Assembly: GCA_030324005.1 (NCBI GenBank)
Contig: JARDVH010000025.1
Coordinates: 42,415,542-42,479,395 of the forward strand
DNA from: Negaprion brevirostris
Taxonomy: Eukaryota
Length of the DNA: 63,854 nucleotides
Direction: 5' to 3'
Each line of letters opens with the position of its first letter. The stretch's first letter is position 1. Below are positions 1-12,984 of this stretch, piece by piece. The notes beneath the pieces were generated by a model, which saw nothing but the letters and a program-made list of their open reading frames with translations, had not been told where the DNA came from and made no database searches. The translations under genes and the position numbers were made by a program.

Positions 1-719
1 GTGTTGGTACTGGTGTTGGTGCTCTTGCTGTTGGTGCTGCTGCTGATGTTGTTGCTAATCAGACGTCTAAGATCGAGCTGCGTAGTAGATCTCATGATGT
101 TGTGAAGCTGACAGCTGACAGAGCAAAGGTGAAAAATTCCAAGATCGCAAAAGTGACCTCAAATTTATTGGAAGTTGCCTACAAAATAGTGAAAGCGCAG
201 TATCAGAACTAATCCAAGAGCAAAGATTTTTCCTTTAGGCAAGGAAGCAGTTGTCAGATCTCAGTGTTCAAAGTCTTTGTTGCCTGTCAGTTGCACAGAG
301 ACATCAGTTCTTGCTGCTATCTCACCTTGTCTTGGCTGGTAAGTTCAGAGGAAACCTGGGAAACCCATGCACAAGTAACTAAAGTCTGCGTTCTGGGTTA
401 CAACAATATTTACTAAACATGTTGAAATGGCAGTCTTACCTGTCCTGAGGGTTATCCAGCTTGGCGAAGAATTATCTGGGGTTAAAGGTGGTCAATGGAT
501 TTCTGTCAGTTNNNNNNNNNNNNNNNGTTTCAGAAACACCTCCAAGTTGGCAGGCTAAAATTCCCCTCATTAGTGCAGAGAGCTGCTGGTACCGAGCACT
601 GTGTGTGAAGAGCAAGTTCAGATGAGCACAACAATTTACTCAGTGCATGAGCTCAGTTCCATGGATTGTAGCAACATTTCAGGAAACTCCCTGAACATGA
701 ATATACAAGCTCCAAACAC

Positions 720-1993
720 CTCAGAGAGCCAATGTGGATTCATAACAGGTAAGTCATGCCTGATCAACCTCATTGAAGTTCCTGAAGAGGTGACTATGGT
801 ACTGGACAGCGGAATGTCTATGAATGTTGTCTATATGGACTTTCAGAAGTCCTTTGATAAAATCCCACATAAGAGATTGTTAGCTACGGTAGAAGCCCAC
901 AGAACTGAGGGCAAATTACTGACATGGCCAAGAAATTGGTAGAGTGGCAAGTGACAGAAGGTGGGGATAATCTGTAGTTATTCTGTGACTAATGATGCCC
1001 CACAAGGATCTGTGTTAGGGCCTCAGTTGTTCATATTATTTATTAACAACTTGAATAATGGCACAGAAAGTCATATATCCAAATGCTCTGAAGACACAAA
1101 GTTAGGCAGCATTGTGGACAGCATAAATGTTAGGACAAAATTACAAAGAATATTGTTAGACTAGGTGAATGGGCAAAACTGTGGCAGATGGATTTCAATC
1201 TCAGCAAGTATGAAGTTATTCATTTTGGACTAGAAAAGGACTTTCTAGCTGGCATGAATTTAAATACAGCAGATGTCCAAAGAGACTTGGGGTTTCAGGT
1301 GCATAGAACTTTTAAATGCCATGAACAGGTGCATATAATATTCAAGAAGACTAATGGGATGCTGGCATTTCTGTCTCGAGCATTGAGGTATAACGATGCA
1401 GAAGTTATGCTGTAGCTATACAAACCCTGGAAAGACCCCTCTTGGAGCACTGAGAGCAAATCTGGGCACTACACCTTAGGAGGGATATACAGGGATATTG
1501 ACCTTGGAGGGGGTGCAGAGCAGATTTACAAGAACTGGACTTCAGAGGTTTAATTGTGAAGTGAGATTATACAAATTAGATCTGTTTTCTCTAGAATTTA
1601 GAAGGTTAAGGGGTGATCTGATCAAAGCCTTCAAGATACTAACAGGAAAAGCCAGGGTGGATAAAGATAAAATATTTCCATTGGTTTGATATTCTAGATC
1701 TGGAGGGCAGAATCTAAAAGTTAGGGCCAGACGATTCAGGAGAGATGATAGGAAGCACTTCTAGCACAAAGGGTGGTAGAGGTTTGGAACTCCCTTCCAG
1801 AAACAAAAGTTGATGCTACATTAGTTGCTGTCTTTAAAAAGTAGAAAGTTTTTTTTGTTAAGCAAAGATATTAAGGGGTATGGGCCAAAGGCAGGTATAT
1901 GGAGTTAGGCCACAGATCAGCCATGATTTCATCAAATGGCAGAACAGGTTTGATGGGCTGAATGGCCTACATCTATTTCTGTGCTCTTATGTC
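720..1993 (+). mobile_element. CR1/HER1-type LINE, 5'-truncated and degenerate (RT C-terminal half plus 3'UTR)
   Basis: Broken ORFs carry CR1 RT motifs: QCGFITGKSCLINLIE, YMDFQKSFDKIPH, PQGSVLGPQLF, VQRDLG, FSLEFRRLRGDLI. Ends in the tail gatgggctgaatggcct. Confidence 0.93.
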
Positions 1994-2442
1994 ATGGGAC
2001 AAACCCTACCATTCTAGGGATTGTAGTTTCTTGTTTCTCCACCAGCCTCATCTACCAGCAGATTTTTGTAAATTGATTGAAACATATTTCAGTCCATCTG
2101 TTTCTTTTTAGCCTGGCAAAGAATGAGTCTACAAATTAACTGCAGCAGTTTGAAAGGTAAGTGATTTTTAAAACGTATTCATCATTTTTATTCTGCATCA
2201 TTTTGTCATAACTACCTTCATCTCATTGTCTTTTGTGTCTCCTGAGGTTCTTTTACTGACGATAGTTAAGATTATTTATTGCTTAAGTGGGTGGGGAAGA
2301 AATGTTCACCACAGCTTCGACTTTCCATCCTCTAAACTTTCCTTTTCAGTTCTTATGCAGAATGAGTGTTTCGTACTCAGGTACTGATTTTCCAGATCAT
2401 CATTACGGAACGGAGTCAGATTTCAGAGTCAAAGATTATGGA

Positions 2443-2766
2443 TGGCACATTGGCACATGGTTAGCACTGCTTCCTCACAGTGCCAGGGACCAGAGTTCAA
2501 TTCTGGCCTTGGGTGACTGTCTGTGTGTGTGGAGTTTGCACATTTGCCCCCTGTCTGCATGGGATTCGTCCGGGTGCTGTGGTTTCCTCCCACAGTCCAA
2601 AGATGTCCAGGTTTGTTGGATTGCCCATGTTAAATTTCCCCTTAGTTTCAGGAGGATTAGCAGGGTAAATGCATGGGATTAACATGATAGGGCCTGGATG
2701 GGATTGTTGTAGATGCAGGCTCGATAGCCAAATTATCTCCTTCTACATAGTTGGGTTTCTATGATT
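2443..2766 (+). mobile_element. HE1-type tRNA-derived SINE
   Basis: Head ggcacatggttagcactgc..gggacc..gttcaattc, body gtggagtttgcacatt..cagtccaaagatgt, CR1-like tail ending ttctatgatt. Confidence 0.9.
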
Positions 2767-5440
2767 ATTGTATTTTTAAATCACTCAGCATTCTCAATTT
2801 GTTTTGCATCCTTGAAACAGATCTGAATTGTGTTTCTTTCTCTGCTGTAGTGAGTGTTCTTGTGCATTATTTCTGTTGGATTCAGTTTTGAATTTAGTTG
2901 TCCCAACCAAATCTAATAAAATTAAACTGTTGAAATCACTTTTGCCTCAAACAAGGACAGACACAATATCAGGTGTCAAACCTGAAATTTGTGCCAGGGA
3001 AACATGGGAATAGGTGAGTGGCAACTCAGATTAGACTGTTAACAATATTCACAGCCAAATCTGTTTACATCAGAGCTGTCTTGATTCTGTCAAGTAGCAG
3101 GGTTTAAATCCAAATTGGTATCCAAGTAATTTGCTAAGTTTAGACATTCATGTTTTGATTTGTAGTAGTTGCAGATTGGGAATGAACAGAATTTAAAGAG
3201 TGATGTAAATGCAGCTGGAACTGGCTATTATGTTCTTCTGGAGCAGAGCCAGACTGCGCTGAGGTTATGTGTAATCCGCACAGTAATTTCTGCAATCCCT
3301 ATGATAGCTTCACATGGAAACAGGAGTTTGTCTTCATTCACAAACTATGATTTGCTAGCCAGTTGTGGTAAGTCTCTGATGCTGCTGTCCTTCCAACCTT
3401 TTATTTTGCATGCTTCCCATGTCTCTTTTATTTTTGCTCTGTAGCTTCTGTTGTTCTTAAAAACAATGATTTCTCTCACCTGCTTCTGTTTTCTTCCCCA
3501 ATGCCACACATGTTTTCCTGCCTGCAAAACAGGGAGGTTGCCTACTGTAAAGCTGCTCTTTAATTGACTGCTGCACAAGACTATTGTGGGGGAAATTGGC
3601 TGCTAATTTTTCGTTCTTCTCTCCCTGTGGGAAACCAGTTATCCTACACTTGGCGCCTTGCCCTAAAGGCCCAACTGAGGCCAGAAACATGTCATGTGCA
3701 GAACTGTGGGCATAAACCAAAGTCATGTCATTCCATGGCACAACCTGTGCACTGACATGCATTGATCCAATAGACAACAGATCTTCCTTATAAATATTTT
3801 CTTTCCACACCCTCCTATCTTTTCATTGACTTTTCAGATTTCCTCCCAGCAAGAGGCCAGGGATATCCAAAGTTGTCAACTTATCCACAATCTGCTACAC
3901 AACCTGACTCTTCAAGGTTAATCAGCCAGCAGAGGTGCTATTTATTCAATGGCACGTGGATTGTACCAATGGTTTCCAATCGGTGGTGATCCACCATAAA
4001 TTTAAATAGACACTAAAAGTTACCAAATTAGTGTAAGAAATGTTTGTGACAGCATCACATGTAAAGTTACAAGTATATGATTTAAAAGCAGGAATAGGTA
4101 ACTTATTCCCTTAAGCCTGCTCCACTATTTAACAAGCTCCTGGCAATTTGGTTGTTACCTTAACTCCAGATTCCTGCCAACTCCTGATAACCTTTCACCC
4201 TTTGCTTTTCTGGCTTTGTCTTAAAATTATTCAAAGACTCTGCTTTGCCACCTTTTGAGGCAGAGTGTCCCAAAGGCTCATGCCCCTCTAAGAAAAAATT
4301 CTCATCTCTGTCTTAAAATAGTGACCCCTTATTTTTAAACAGTGGCCCCTACTTCTAGATTCTCTCACAAGAAATGACATTCTCTCCTCATCCACCCTGT
4401 CAAGATCCCTCAGGATGTTTAAGGTTTAAAGCCACCTCTTAATCTCTAACCTCCACTGGATACAAGCTTAATCTGTCCAACCTTTCTTCATAAGATAACA
4501 TTGCCATTCCTGATAGCCCAGTGAACCTTCTCTGAACGATTTCTAATGCATTTACATCCTTCCTTAAGAGACCAAGATGGTAACAATATTCCAGATGTCT
4601 CACCAATGCCCTGTCACAACTGAAACATAATCTCCCTACTTTTGTATTCAATTCCCCTCACACCAAACATTCTATTAACTTTGCTAATTACTTGCTGTGC
4701 TAGTCTTTCGTGGTTCATGCAGTAAGACACCCAGATTCCTCTGAATTTCAGAGCTGTATAAACTCTCATCATTTAGATAATATGCTTCTTAGTTATTATG
4801 TCTGCCAGAATGGACAATTTCACATTTGCCCACATTATACTCTATTTGCCAAATCTTTGTCCATTCTTTTAACTTATTGGTATTCACTTCTAATTCACCG
4901 TGTCCTCCTCACAACATGCTTTCCTACCTATCACTCAGTCGTCAGCAAATTCAGTAACCATGTCTTCTTCATCTAAGTTATTCATATAAATTGTAAAATG
5001 CTGTGGCCCCAGCACTGATCCCTGCAGCACACTAGTCATTACATCTTGCCAATCAGAAAAAGCCCCATTTATGCCAACTCTATTTCCTGATAGCAAGCCA
5101 ATATCTATCCATGTCCATGTCACCCAATACTCCAGAGATCTTTTATTTTCTGCAATAACTTTTGATGTAACATCTTATCAAATGCCTTTTCAAAATCTAA
5201 GCACTATAAAGCCATTGGGTCCCCTTCAACCACATCACGTGACTCTTAAATAATTCCCATTAAATTGGTTAAACATCATTTTCCTTTAACAAAACCATGT
5301 TGACTTTGCCTGAGTGCCTTCAGTTTTTCTAAATACCCTGCTATAACATCTTTAATAATAGATTCTAACATTTCCAAATGTTAAGCTAGCTAACTTGTAA
5401 CAGTTTCCTTTCTGTATCTGTCCTTTTTTGAATTAGAGAG

Positions 5441-7029
5441 CAGGTTAGGTGGATTAGCCATGGTAAATTGCTACTTGGGGCCCAATTCTCCCAGCCCAAC
5501 GAACAAGTTTTTTGGCGCATTGGGTTGGGAGATGCACATGTCAGTCATTACGTGGGATTCGCACATGCGCTCCCGACGCATGCACGTCACCCACAGCCGG
5601 AGAGCAGGCACAGGTTGGGACCATACTGGAAATTGGCAGAAAGACAAGGTAAATGGTTTTAATCAATTTTTCATGCAATTAAAATGTCATTATCAGACTN
5701 NNNNNNNNNTTGATAGCATTATCCATCCCACCATCCAATGGGGTTTAGCGTCGTTACCCATGTTCGGGGAACTAGTGGAAGACCCTGCTGGAGTGAAGGA
5801 GGGGGCAATCGGGGCTCCTGACTTGGTTGGGTGATGGGGAGGTGGTGCCTTAAGGGCATGGGCACCCTGGCAATGCCAGCCTATGCCCTTTGACAGTGCC
5901 CACAAGGCAAAATGCCAAGCCCGGGGCATCAGGCAGTGCCAATGGGCTGTGGCTGAGAGGGCGGGGCGTGGGGGGCGTTCAGTGGGGATGGATAGTCCTG
6001 CTGCCACTCTGCATGGGGATCAGTTAAGATTTGAGGGAGACCAGTGATCAGGGCAGGCTGGGGGATTATCAGTGGTCTGCTGGGGAGGGTCTGCCTCCCG
6101 GGAGTGGGGGGGTGGTGAGNNNNNNNNNNNNNNNNNNNNNNNNNNNNNNNNNNNNNNNNNNNNNNNNNNNNNNNNNNNNNNNNNNNNNNNNNNNNNNNNN
6201 NNNNNNNNNNNNNNNNNNNNNNNNNNNNNNNNNNNNNNNNNNNNNNNNNNNNNNNNNNNNNNNNNNNNNNNNNNNNNNNNNNNNNNNNNNNNNNNNNNNN
6301 NNNNNNNNNNNNNNNNNNNNNNNNNNNNNNNNNNNNNNNNNNNNNNNNNNNNNNNNNNNNNNNNNNNNNNNNNNNNNNNNNNNNNNNNNNNNNNNNNNNN
6401 NNNNNNNNNNNNNNNNNNNNNNNNNNNNNNNNNNNNNNNNNNNNNNNNNNNNNNNNNNNNNNNNNNNNNNNNNNNNNNNNNATCAGCACTGCTGAGAGGG
6501 GAGGCGCTGGGGATTGTGGTGCTCTAGGATGGTGGGGGTGGGTGTTGGGGGAGGGGCGGTGGGGGCGGGTCAGTGCAGGCCTGGGAAAGATCTTGGAGGC
6601 CGCATTTAGACTGTGGGTGGGTAGTGATGAGTAACAGTTCAAGGGTCCCTGGTTGACCAGCAATCTGCAGTCTGATAGTTGGGTGCCACTGTGCATGCGC
6701 AGAGGCCCAGAACTGTCAGACTCCGGTGTGAATAGGGCCCGTCCCCTGAGCTTTTAATGATATGGATGATTGTGACCCCTGCATTGCACAGAGTGTGGGA
6801 GATTTGAATCCCACTGAAAAAAAAATCATGAATTGCACCACTTTTCCTACCAATTCAGCACTTAGAATTTTTTCGGGAGAATCGGGCCCTTGGTGCCCAA
6901 AGATGTGTAGGTTACATGGATTAGCCATGTTAAATGTTTGGAGTGGCAGGGGAGTGGGCCTGAGTAAGATATCATGTTTGAGAGATTCAATGAAATGGCC
7001 TTCTTCTGCACTGTAGGGATTCTATGATT
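5441..7029 (+). mobile_element. 5'-truncated HE1-type SINE (5441-5477 and 6890-7029), split by a Harbinger-type MITE
   Basis: caggttaggtggattagccatggtaaattg continues after the MITE as gtgcccaaagatgtg...ggccttcttctgcactgtagggattctatga. Confidence 0.85.
5478..6889. mobile_element. Non-autonomous PIF/Harbinger-type DNA transposon (contains a gap)
   Basis: TIRs gggcccaattctccc / gggagaatcgggccc match at 14 of 15 positions. A 3-bp TSD TTG sits at 5475-5477 and 6890-6892. Confidence 0.85.
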
Positions 7030-7380
7030 TGCTATTTTCTAATCTAATGGAACCTTTCCCGAATCTAGTGAATTTTGGAAAATTAAAACAAACACATCAA
7101 GTGATCCTTTTAGCCACTTCTTTTAAGACCCGAGGATGAAATACATCAGAACTGGGGATTTGTCCACTCCCAGCACAACAATTTGCTCAGTGCCATTCCC
7201 CTGGTGATTGTTATTTTCCTGAGTTCCATTCCCTGGTATAAAGTTATTTCTGGGATATTATTTGTATCCTCTGTAGTAAAGACTGGTGTTAAAATAACTG
7301 ATAACATCAACTGCCATCTCCTTATTTACCATTATTAATTTCCCCAGGTGCACTTTGCTCACTTTGTTAACTCTTTTCTT

Positions 7381-7450
7381 GGGATTGTAGTCGGTGCAGA
7401 CTCGATGGGCTGAATGGCTTCCTTTTGCACTGCAGGATTCTATGATTCTA
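7381..7450 (+). mobile_element. HE1 SINE 3' tail fragment
   Basis: gggattgtagtcggtgcagactcgatgggctgaatggc...ttctatgattcta. Confidence 0.85.
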
Positions 7451-8548
7451 GATACCTATAGAAACTCTTACTATCCATCTTTATATTTCTAGCTAGCCTT
7501 CTCTTACACTCTAATTGTTCCTTCTTTAGTAATCTTTATGTCATTCTATGTTGTTCTTTATATCCTGTCCAATTTTCTGACCTACTACCAGCCTTTGCAC
7601 AATTAAATGATTTTCTTTAGCTTTGATGCTGTCTTTAACATTTTTTAGTTAACCACAAATGATGGGATACTCCCCTTAGAATTTTTCTTACCCATTGGAA
7701 TTTGTCTATTCTGTGTAGTCTGAAATGTCCCGTATATATTGGTCACTGCATCTCTAATGATCTATCCCTTAACTTTATTTTCCAGTTCACTTTGAATGGC
7801 ACTGCTCTCATGCCCTCTTTGTTGCGCTTATTTAAGTTGTCATGGAGCCATTCATCTCTCCCCCAAATGGAATGTAAAATTCAATCATGTTATGATTGCT
7901 GCTACATAGGCGTGCCTTTGCTATAATGTTATTAATTAATCCTATCTTATTGCACAACGCCAGGTCTTGTATAGCCTGCCCTGTGGTTGGCTCCAGACTG
8001 TGCTGTTTTAAGGAATTATCCTGAAATGTTCTATGAAACTTCTTATTTATGCCACCAGTGCTCATCTGAGTGTTCCACTCTATATGAAAATAGCCATTAA
8101 TTATTGCCACATCGTCATTAATTTAACACAGCCCTCTCCCTTTTCCGAACTGTGTGTCCTTCCAAAATATAACAAACATTCAATATTCAGGTCCCAATCT
8201 ATGTCACCCTGCAGCCATGCGTTTGCAATGGCTATCAGATGGAACTTATTTATTTATATTTGTACCATCAGCTCATCTGTTTTGCTTCAAATGTTACATG
8301 CATTCAGATACAGAGCTTTTAATTTTGTCCTTTATTATTTTTGTAATGTCTAACCTTATCTGCCTATTTACTCTTAGATTTGTACTCTGTGCCATTCTTT
8401 CATTATCTGCTTATCGTTTCCCATTTTAGTCATTCCGTCTTGTCTTGCAGAATCTCTACTGTTTGGTTTACCACATCTTCCCCAATTTGACCTAAAATAT
8501 CAGTCTTAACACAATAAATAGGAAACGGTTAGGCTGAATGTTCTGTCA

Positions 8549-8761
8549 ATGAGTGAGGAGGTGAAGATAGGACCGGAAGCAGGTGGAGCATGGCAGCCAT
8601 TCCATTGTGGTGAATGTGGTCGCAAGATGGGGAATGACGGAGTACAATGGAAGCCTGAGGTGGGTGCTTGGAAAGATGTTCCTGTGGCCCCTGATTACAT
8701 ATACACCAAGCTGAATATCAGCCAGCTCTGGAATCTCAAGTTTGCAAAGCAAGCCCTTTGA
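8549..8761 (+). mobile_element. Possible degenerate CR1 ORF1 N-terminal (zinc-finger-like) fragment
   Basis: HCGEC...WKDVPVAPDYIYTK resembles the CxxC...WE....VPDDYxCxKC motif of CR1 ORF1. Weak match. Confidence 0.35.
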
Positions 8762-9118
8762 ATCTTTCTGTTCTTTCATATGGGTATGAGGACTGGCTTG
8801 CAGTTTGTTTAGGATTGCAGTACATATGGTTTAGAGCTCTGTTTACAGACAGGAACTGTGGGTTAGGCACTTCTTGATCAACTTTGTTTTCCTTCAGTTT
8901 ATTTTTTATTGCACTTTTCAATTCTTGCCTTCATTTTGAGATCTAATATTCTCTTTTATTCCACTGAAAATTTGTCATCCTTTCTTCTCTTTTACTTATG
9001 CTGTGCTGCTTCAATCTTTGTGAAACTGAACTTTGACTCCAGATTGGCAGTTTGACGGTAAGATGGTGAACAGCAAAGCTACATATTCTTAAAATCTTTA
9101 AATGTTGCTACTGTGTTG

Positions 9119-9212
9119 GGTGGCACGTTGGCACAGTGGTTAGCACTGCTGCCTCATAGCGCCAGGGACCCAGGTACGATTCCCAGCTTGGGTCACTGCC
9201 TGTTATGGACTT
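9119..9212 (+). mobile_element. HE1 SINE 5' part running into a gap
   Basis: ggtggcacgttggcacagtggttagcactgctgcctcatagcgccagggacc. Confidence 0.88.
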
Positions 9213-10159
9213 NNNNNNNNNNNNNNNNNNNNNNNNNNNNNNNNNNNNNNNNNNNNNNNNNNNNNNNNNNNNNNNNNNNNNNNNNNNNNNNNNNNNNNNN
9301 NNNNNNNNNNNNCCCATATGCTGCACCAATGCAGATGCTTTCACCTCAGTGGTTATGTTTGTGAATAAATTCAGGTTCACAAGCTGGTATGAGTAGCACG
9401 CACACCTGATCAGCTGTGGGACTTTGTGATAGCCAAAGTCACTGACACTCACAGGAGTGTTGGAGGAAAAGACTACGCTGAACCCCAGTCTGATGACATG
9501 CTTTCAGAGTGCTCTGTAGCAGCAGATGCTGCAGGTTCAACATGAGATATGTGAAGATCTGACAGGGTATCAAGAAGGTATCCATGCCCTGACTCAGACA
9601 GTGGGGAGCCCATCCAGCTGATGAGTGCTGTGATCTCCCTCTTGCCTGCACGCAAAGCCTCCTCCGTTGAGAGATTAGTGACTGTCATGGATAGCCACAT
9701 TCAGCAGAACAGTTAGAAATGTGCATAGAACTGCATGCCATCACCTTGACTATGAGCTCATGGGGACATTGACAAGGCAAGTGGAAACACCTGGAGATTG
9801 CCCCAACTTTATATCATTTGAAAATTTGGGGGTAGCACATTTAATTCCATTCAAATCATTAACATATAATGTGAACCACTGGGGTCCTAGCACAGATCCC
9901 TGTGGTACACCTCTCGTCACTGCCAATCAGAACAAGACCCATCTATTCCAACCCTTTGCTCCTGACTGTTGACAAGCTTTCTGGCTTTCTATCTATCTCA
10001 ACCTGCAATCACATTCTATTGCTCCTCTGCTTCCATCCTTAAGTTCCTCATTGGGGTGTCAGTAGCCACTTCTTCAATAAGTTTCTCTTTTATTATGCAT
10101 TCAGCTTTGAAGGTGTGTATAGGAAGGGAAAAATGTGAGGGCCTATGTGTGTCTGAGTC

Positions 10160-10835
10160 TGGAGGCATCATGGTTGCTCCCAGGATAAAGAGCAGACAAC
10201 TACATGATCCACCAGCCATGATCACAGACTGCTCGGACATTAAGGGAATGAAATTCCTTCCTGTTAAAGAAGGCTGCTCCCTGCCCTATGGAAATCATGA
10301 TGGTCATTTGCACATAGTCTATCACATCTTGCAACTGCAATGATGCCAAACCTTCAGGCTCTCTTGGATTGACTATTTGGATTAGATAGCCCTCCTGCAG
10401 TGGGCCTTGGTAATTAGCTTGATGCAGTGATATGCAGACTCATACACATGATACACATATGAGGTCATATATGACTCAAGTGGGCTTCAGGAATGAACAG
10501 GGGGCATAGAAATTCAGATCATCTGTCATCATGGCAAAAAATATATGCGAAGGCCTTTTAGGAGAGACACAGGTCAGAATTCTCCAGCCATTCAAGCCCC
10601 ACTGTCAATGAGACAGAGAATTTGGCGCTCAGCCAAATCTCCATTCACTACAGTGGGACTGGAGAATCTCAGCTGCAGGCAAGGTTAAAGAATCCAGTCT
10701 ACTGTATTTGGTGACATTGCTGCTCTGACATCTGTTCATCCTCTGTTTGTTTACACTAGCCACCAAATATCTTCTTCTCTGCATTGGCTGCTGCTTTGTG
10801 TTCCCTCTGCACCCTTCTGTCATTTCCTCGCCCAA
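10160..10835 (-). pseudogene. Decayed PIF/Harbinger (HARBI1-like DDE) transposase
   Basis: Manual translation gives LNFYA..SF, SAYHCIKLITKA, LQDVIDYVQMTI..GQGAAFFNRKEFHSLNVRAVCDH and LYPGSNHDA. These match Harbinger GxIDCTH..FxNRKGxHSxNVQxVCD..YPGSxHD, with stops and frameshifts. N-terminal RRRY..SVNKQRM lies in ORF 10629..10835. Confidence 0.85.
10572..10698. mobile_element. ~125-bp MITE
   Basis: Degenerate TIRs ggtcagaattctcc / agaatccagtc. Similar to elements at 26960-27086 and 53337-53470. Confidence 0.6.
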
Positions 10836-11554
10836 AGGTTATCCCTGCAGGTGACCATGAGATTGCAGCTGTCCAGCTCCCTGTGCCTGGCCCACCCTCC
10901 CTCCATTTCTGGTTCTCTTCCTCACTGAAGGTCATGCCTCTGGAGTGTATAACGCGTGACCTGTACACCCTGCCCTCTCTTCCCCTCAGCCCTCCTTTTA
11001 ACAGACTCATGTGCCCAGATGTACCAGCAACCAAATGGCATCGTGAAGGATTGATGGTAAATCCCTGGCACTTTAACTCCCCATGAATCACTCTGGCTGC
11101 ACTGTATTAGCCTTGCTGTGCAGATGGAGTCTCTGACCGTACCACTTACTGAATGTAGCAATAACTTAGCTGGGGTCTCCTTCTCTGCTGTGATACCCTA
11201 TCTCCCTCATGCATTCCCTCTAAAATCGCTAATCAGCTTAACAAGCTCCCAGTTGACAGTTTTTCAGAAGTTCATGTCTTTCATGACTTGTCATCTGTGC
11301 TGGTAATACGTGAACCCAGTGTGATGGCTTTGCCCATCCATACCCTATAAATTTGTAACACCCTCACCACCCTCCGAGGTCACCCACTAGGACTGGAAAG
11401 TGCCCCTTCTGATTTCCATGGTGGTTGAGTTGGTTAAGTGGATGCAAAACTAGAAAAACAAAAGAGAAAATAGAAAATTCATTTTAATCCAAACATTGTT
11501 AGAACATGGAACGCTTTATCGCAAATATTTGTTATTGAAGAGAGCAGAGACTGT

Positions 11555-12790
11555 AGCATCTCTTTGCTGATGATTGAGACTGGACTGATGGGACAATAAT
11601 AAGCAAGATTGGATTTTCCTGGTTTTTCAGGACAAGATATTTCCACATTGTTGGGTAAATGCCAGTGTTGCAGCTGTACGAGAGTAGCTTGGTTATGGGC
11701 ACGCCTAGTTCTGGTGTACAAGCCTTCAGCACTATTGCCAGGATGTTGTTTGGATTCATTGTCTTTGCAGTATCCTGAGCCTTTAACCATTTCTTGATAT
11801 CATGTGAAGTGAATCAGATTGGTTGAAAATTGGTTTTGGAGGTGCTAGGAATCTTGTGAGAAAGTCAAGATGTACCATCCACTTGGTAATTCAAGCTGAA
11901 AATGACTGAAAATTGTATTTTACATTCATGTGTTTAGTTTCACCATCTTGGAGGATGGGTTATTTGTGCTGCCATCTCCTCCTCTGGCTAGTTGTTTAAT
12001 TGCCCAACACCATTCAGTCCTGTGGCAGGATTTCAGAACTTCGATTTGATCTGTTGACTTTAGGATCATTTAGCTTTATCTATCGTATGCTGCTTCCATT
12101 CTTTAGCATGCTTGTAGTCCTGTGTTGTAACTTTGCCATATTGGATTTTCATGCTTCTGGCATTCTCTTCTGCACTCCTCACTGAGCTATGATTGGTCCT
12201 GTGGCTTGTCAGTGATAGTAAATTGAGGGATAGCTCAGGCCGCAAAGTTATAGATTGGGGTTGAATATAATTCTGCTGTGACTGACAGTCCTCAGCACCA
12301 TGACCTCCTTGAATAATGAGTTTTGAGCTGCTAAATTTGCTCTGAATGTATCCAATTTGGCACAATGGTGGTGGATGGCCTTAATGTGTAGATAAGGCTT
12401 CTTCTCCACAAGAACTGTACAGTGGTAACTCCTGACAATATAGTAGTAGATAGATGCATCTTTGATAAATTTGTGAGGATGAGGTTGAGTAACTTCTTTT
12501 CCTCATGTTGATTCTGTCACTATTGCAAGCCCAGCCTGACAGCTATGTCCTTCAAAACCTGGGCAGCTAAGTAAATAGTGGTCATTCTTGGTGTGGACAT
12601 GGAAATACTCCATCCAGAATACATTGTGTGCCCTTGTTACCCTCATTGCTCCTCCCAAGTCGTATTCAGTGTGAAGGAGCACAGATTTATCATCTGAAAG
12701 GGGAGGGATGGTAAGTGGTAATCAGCAGAAGGTTTCCTTGTGCAAGATGGGCTTGATGCTCTGAGGATTCATGGCATTAAGAGTCAATAT
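11555..12790 (-). mobile_element. Degenerate LINE ORF2 fragment (CR1/L2 group, a second family)
   Basis: PNNILAIVLKACTPEL..LLSYSCNTGIYPTMWK and KSNLAYYCPISPVSIISK match the pre-RT motif GPDxIPxxVLK..NYRPISLLS. Confidence 0.8.
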
Positions 12791-12984
12791 TACCTTGCTG
12801 AAAGCTGATCCAGTGGGTATCACTGTATCAACTGTTGCTTTACTAGTCTTTGCAACCGTTCTTTCCATTCTGGCACAAGTCCATGGATGTTAGTAAAAGG
12901 ATTTTCACTCAGCGAGTTGTGTCTTTGTCCATCCATTTTAATTTTTATGCAAGCTTATCATAACAGTTTGACNNNNNNNNNNTG

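Larger units (their letters stand above)
4085..8420 (-). mobile_element. CR1-type LINE with most of ORF2 (endonuclease to 3'UTR), split by insertions at 5439-7026 and 7381-7450
   Basis: Minus-strand peptides LQGSVLGPQHFTIYMNNLD..FADD, LEYC..LRKDVNALEIVQRRFT..LSYEERL, and endonuclease-like QHSLEPTTGQAIQDLALCN. LINE sequence resumes collinearly after each insertion. Confidence 0.9.
9390..11406 (-). mobile_element. Internally deleted Harbinger transposon carrying the transposase remnant; boundaries approximate
   Basis: Transposase remnant plus flanking GC-richer sequence ending ggaaagtgcccc. A CR1 fragment (~9835-9985) and a MITE (10572-10698) are inserted in it. Confidence 0.5.

Noticed and set aside
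1-566. Low-complexity start and a possible transposon terminus (ggctaaaattcccc)
   Set aside because: Too degenerate, and truncated by the window edge, to classify.
2112-3262. Plus-strand exon-like segments (2112-2156 with ag/gtaagt, 2361-2380, ~3175-3262)
   Set aside because: They do not join into a recognisable open frame and could be chance splice-like sites. Non-coding exons cannot be excluded without RNA data.
5929-6696. Long ORFs spanning N-runs (also near 22.7, 26.2, 35.6, 42.2 and 43.2 kb)
   Set aside because: Artefacts of gaps translated as X.
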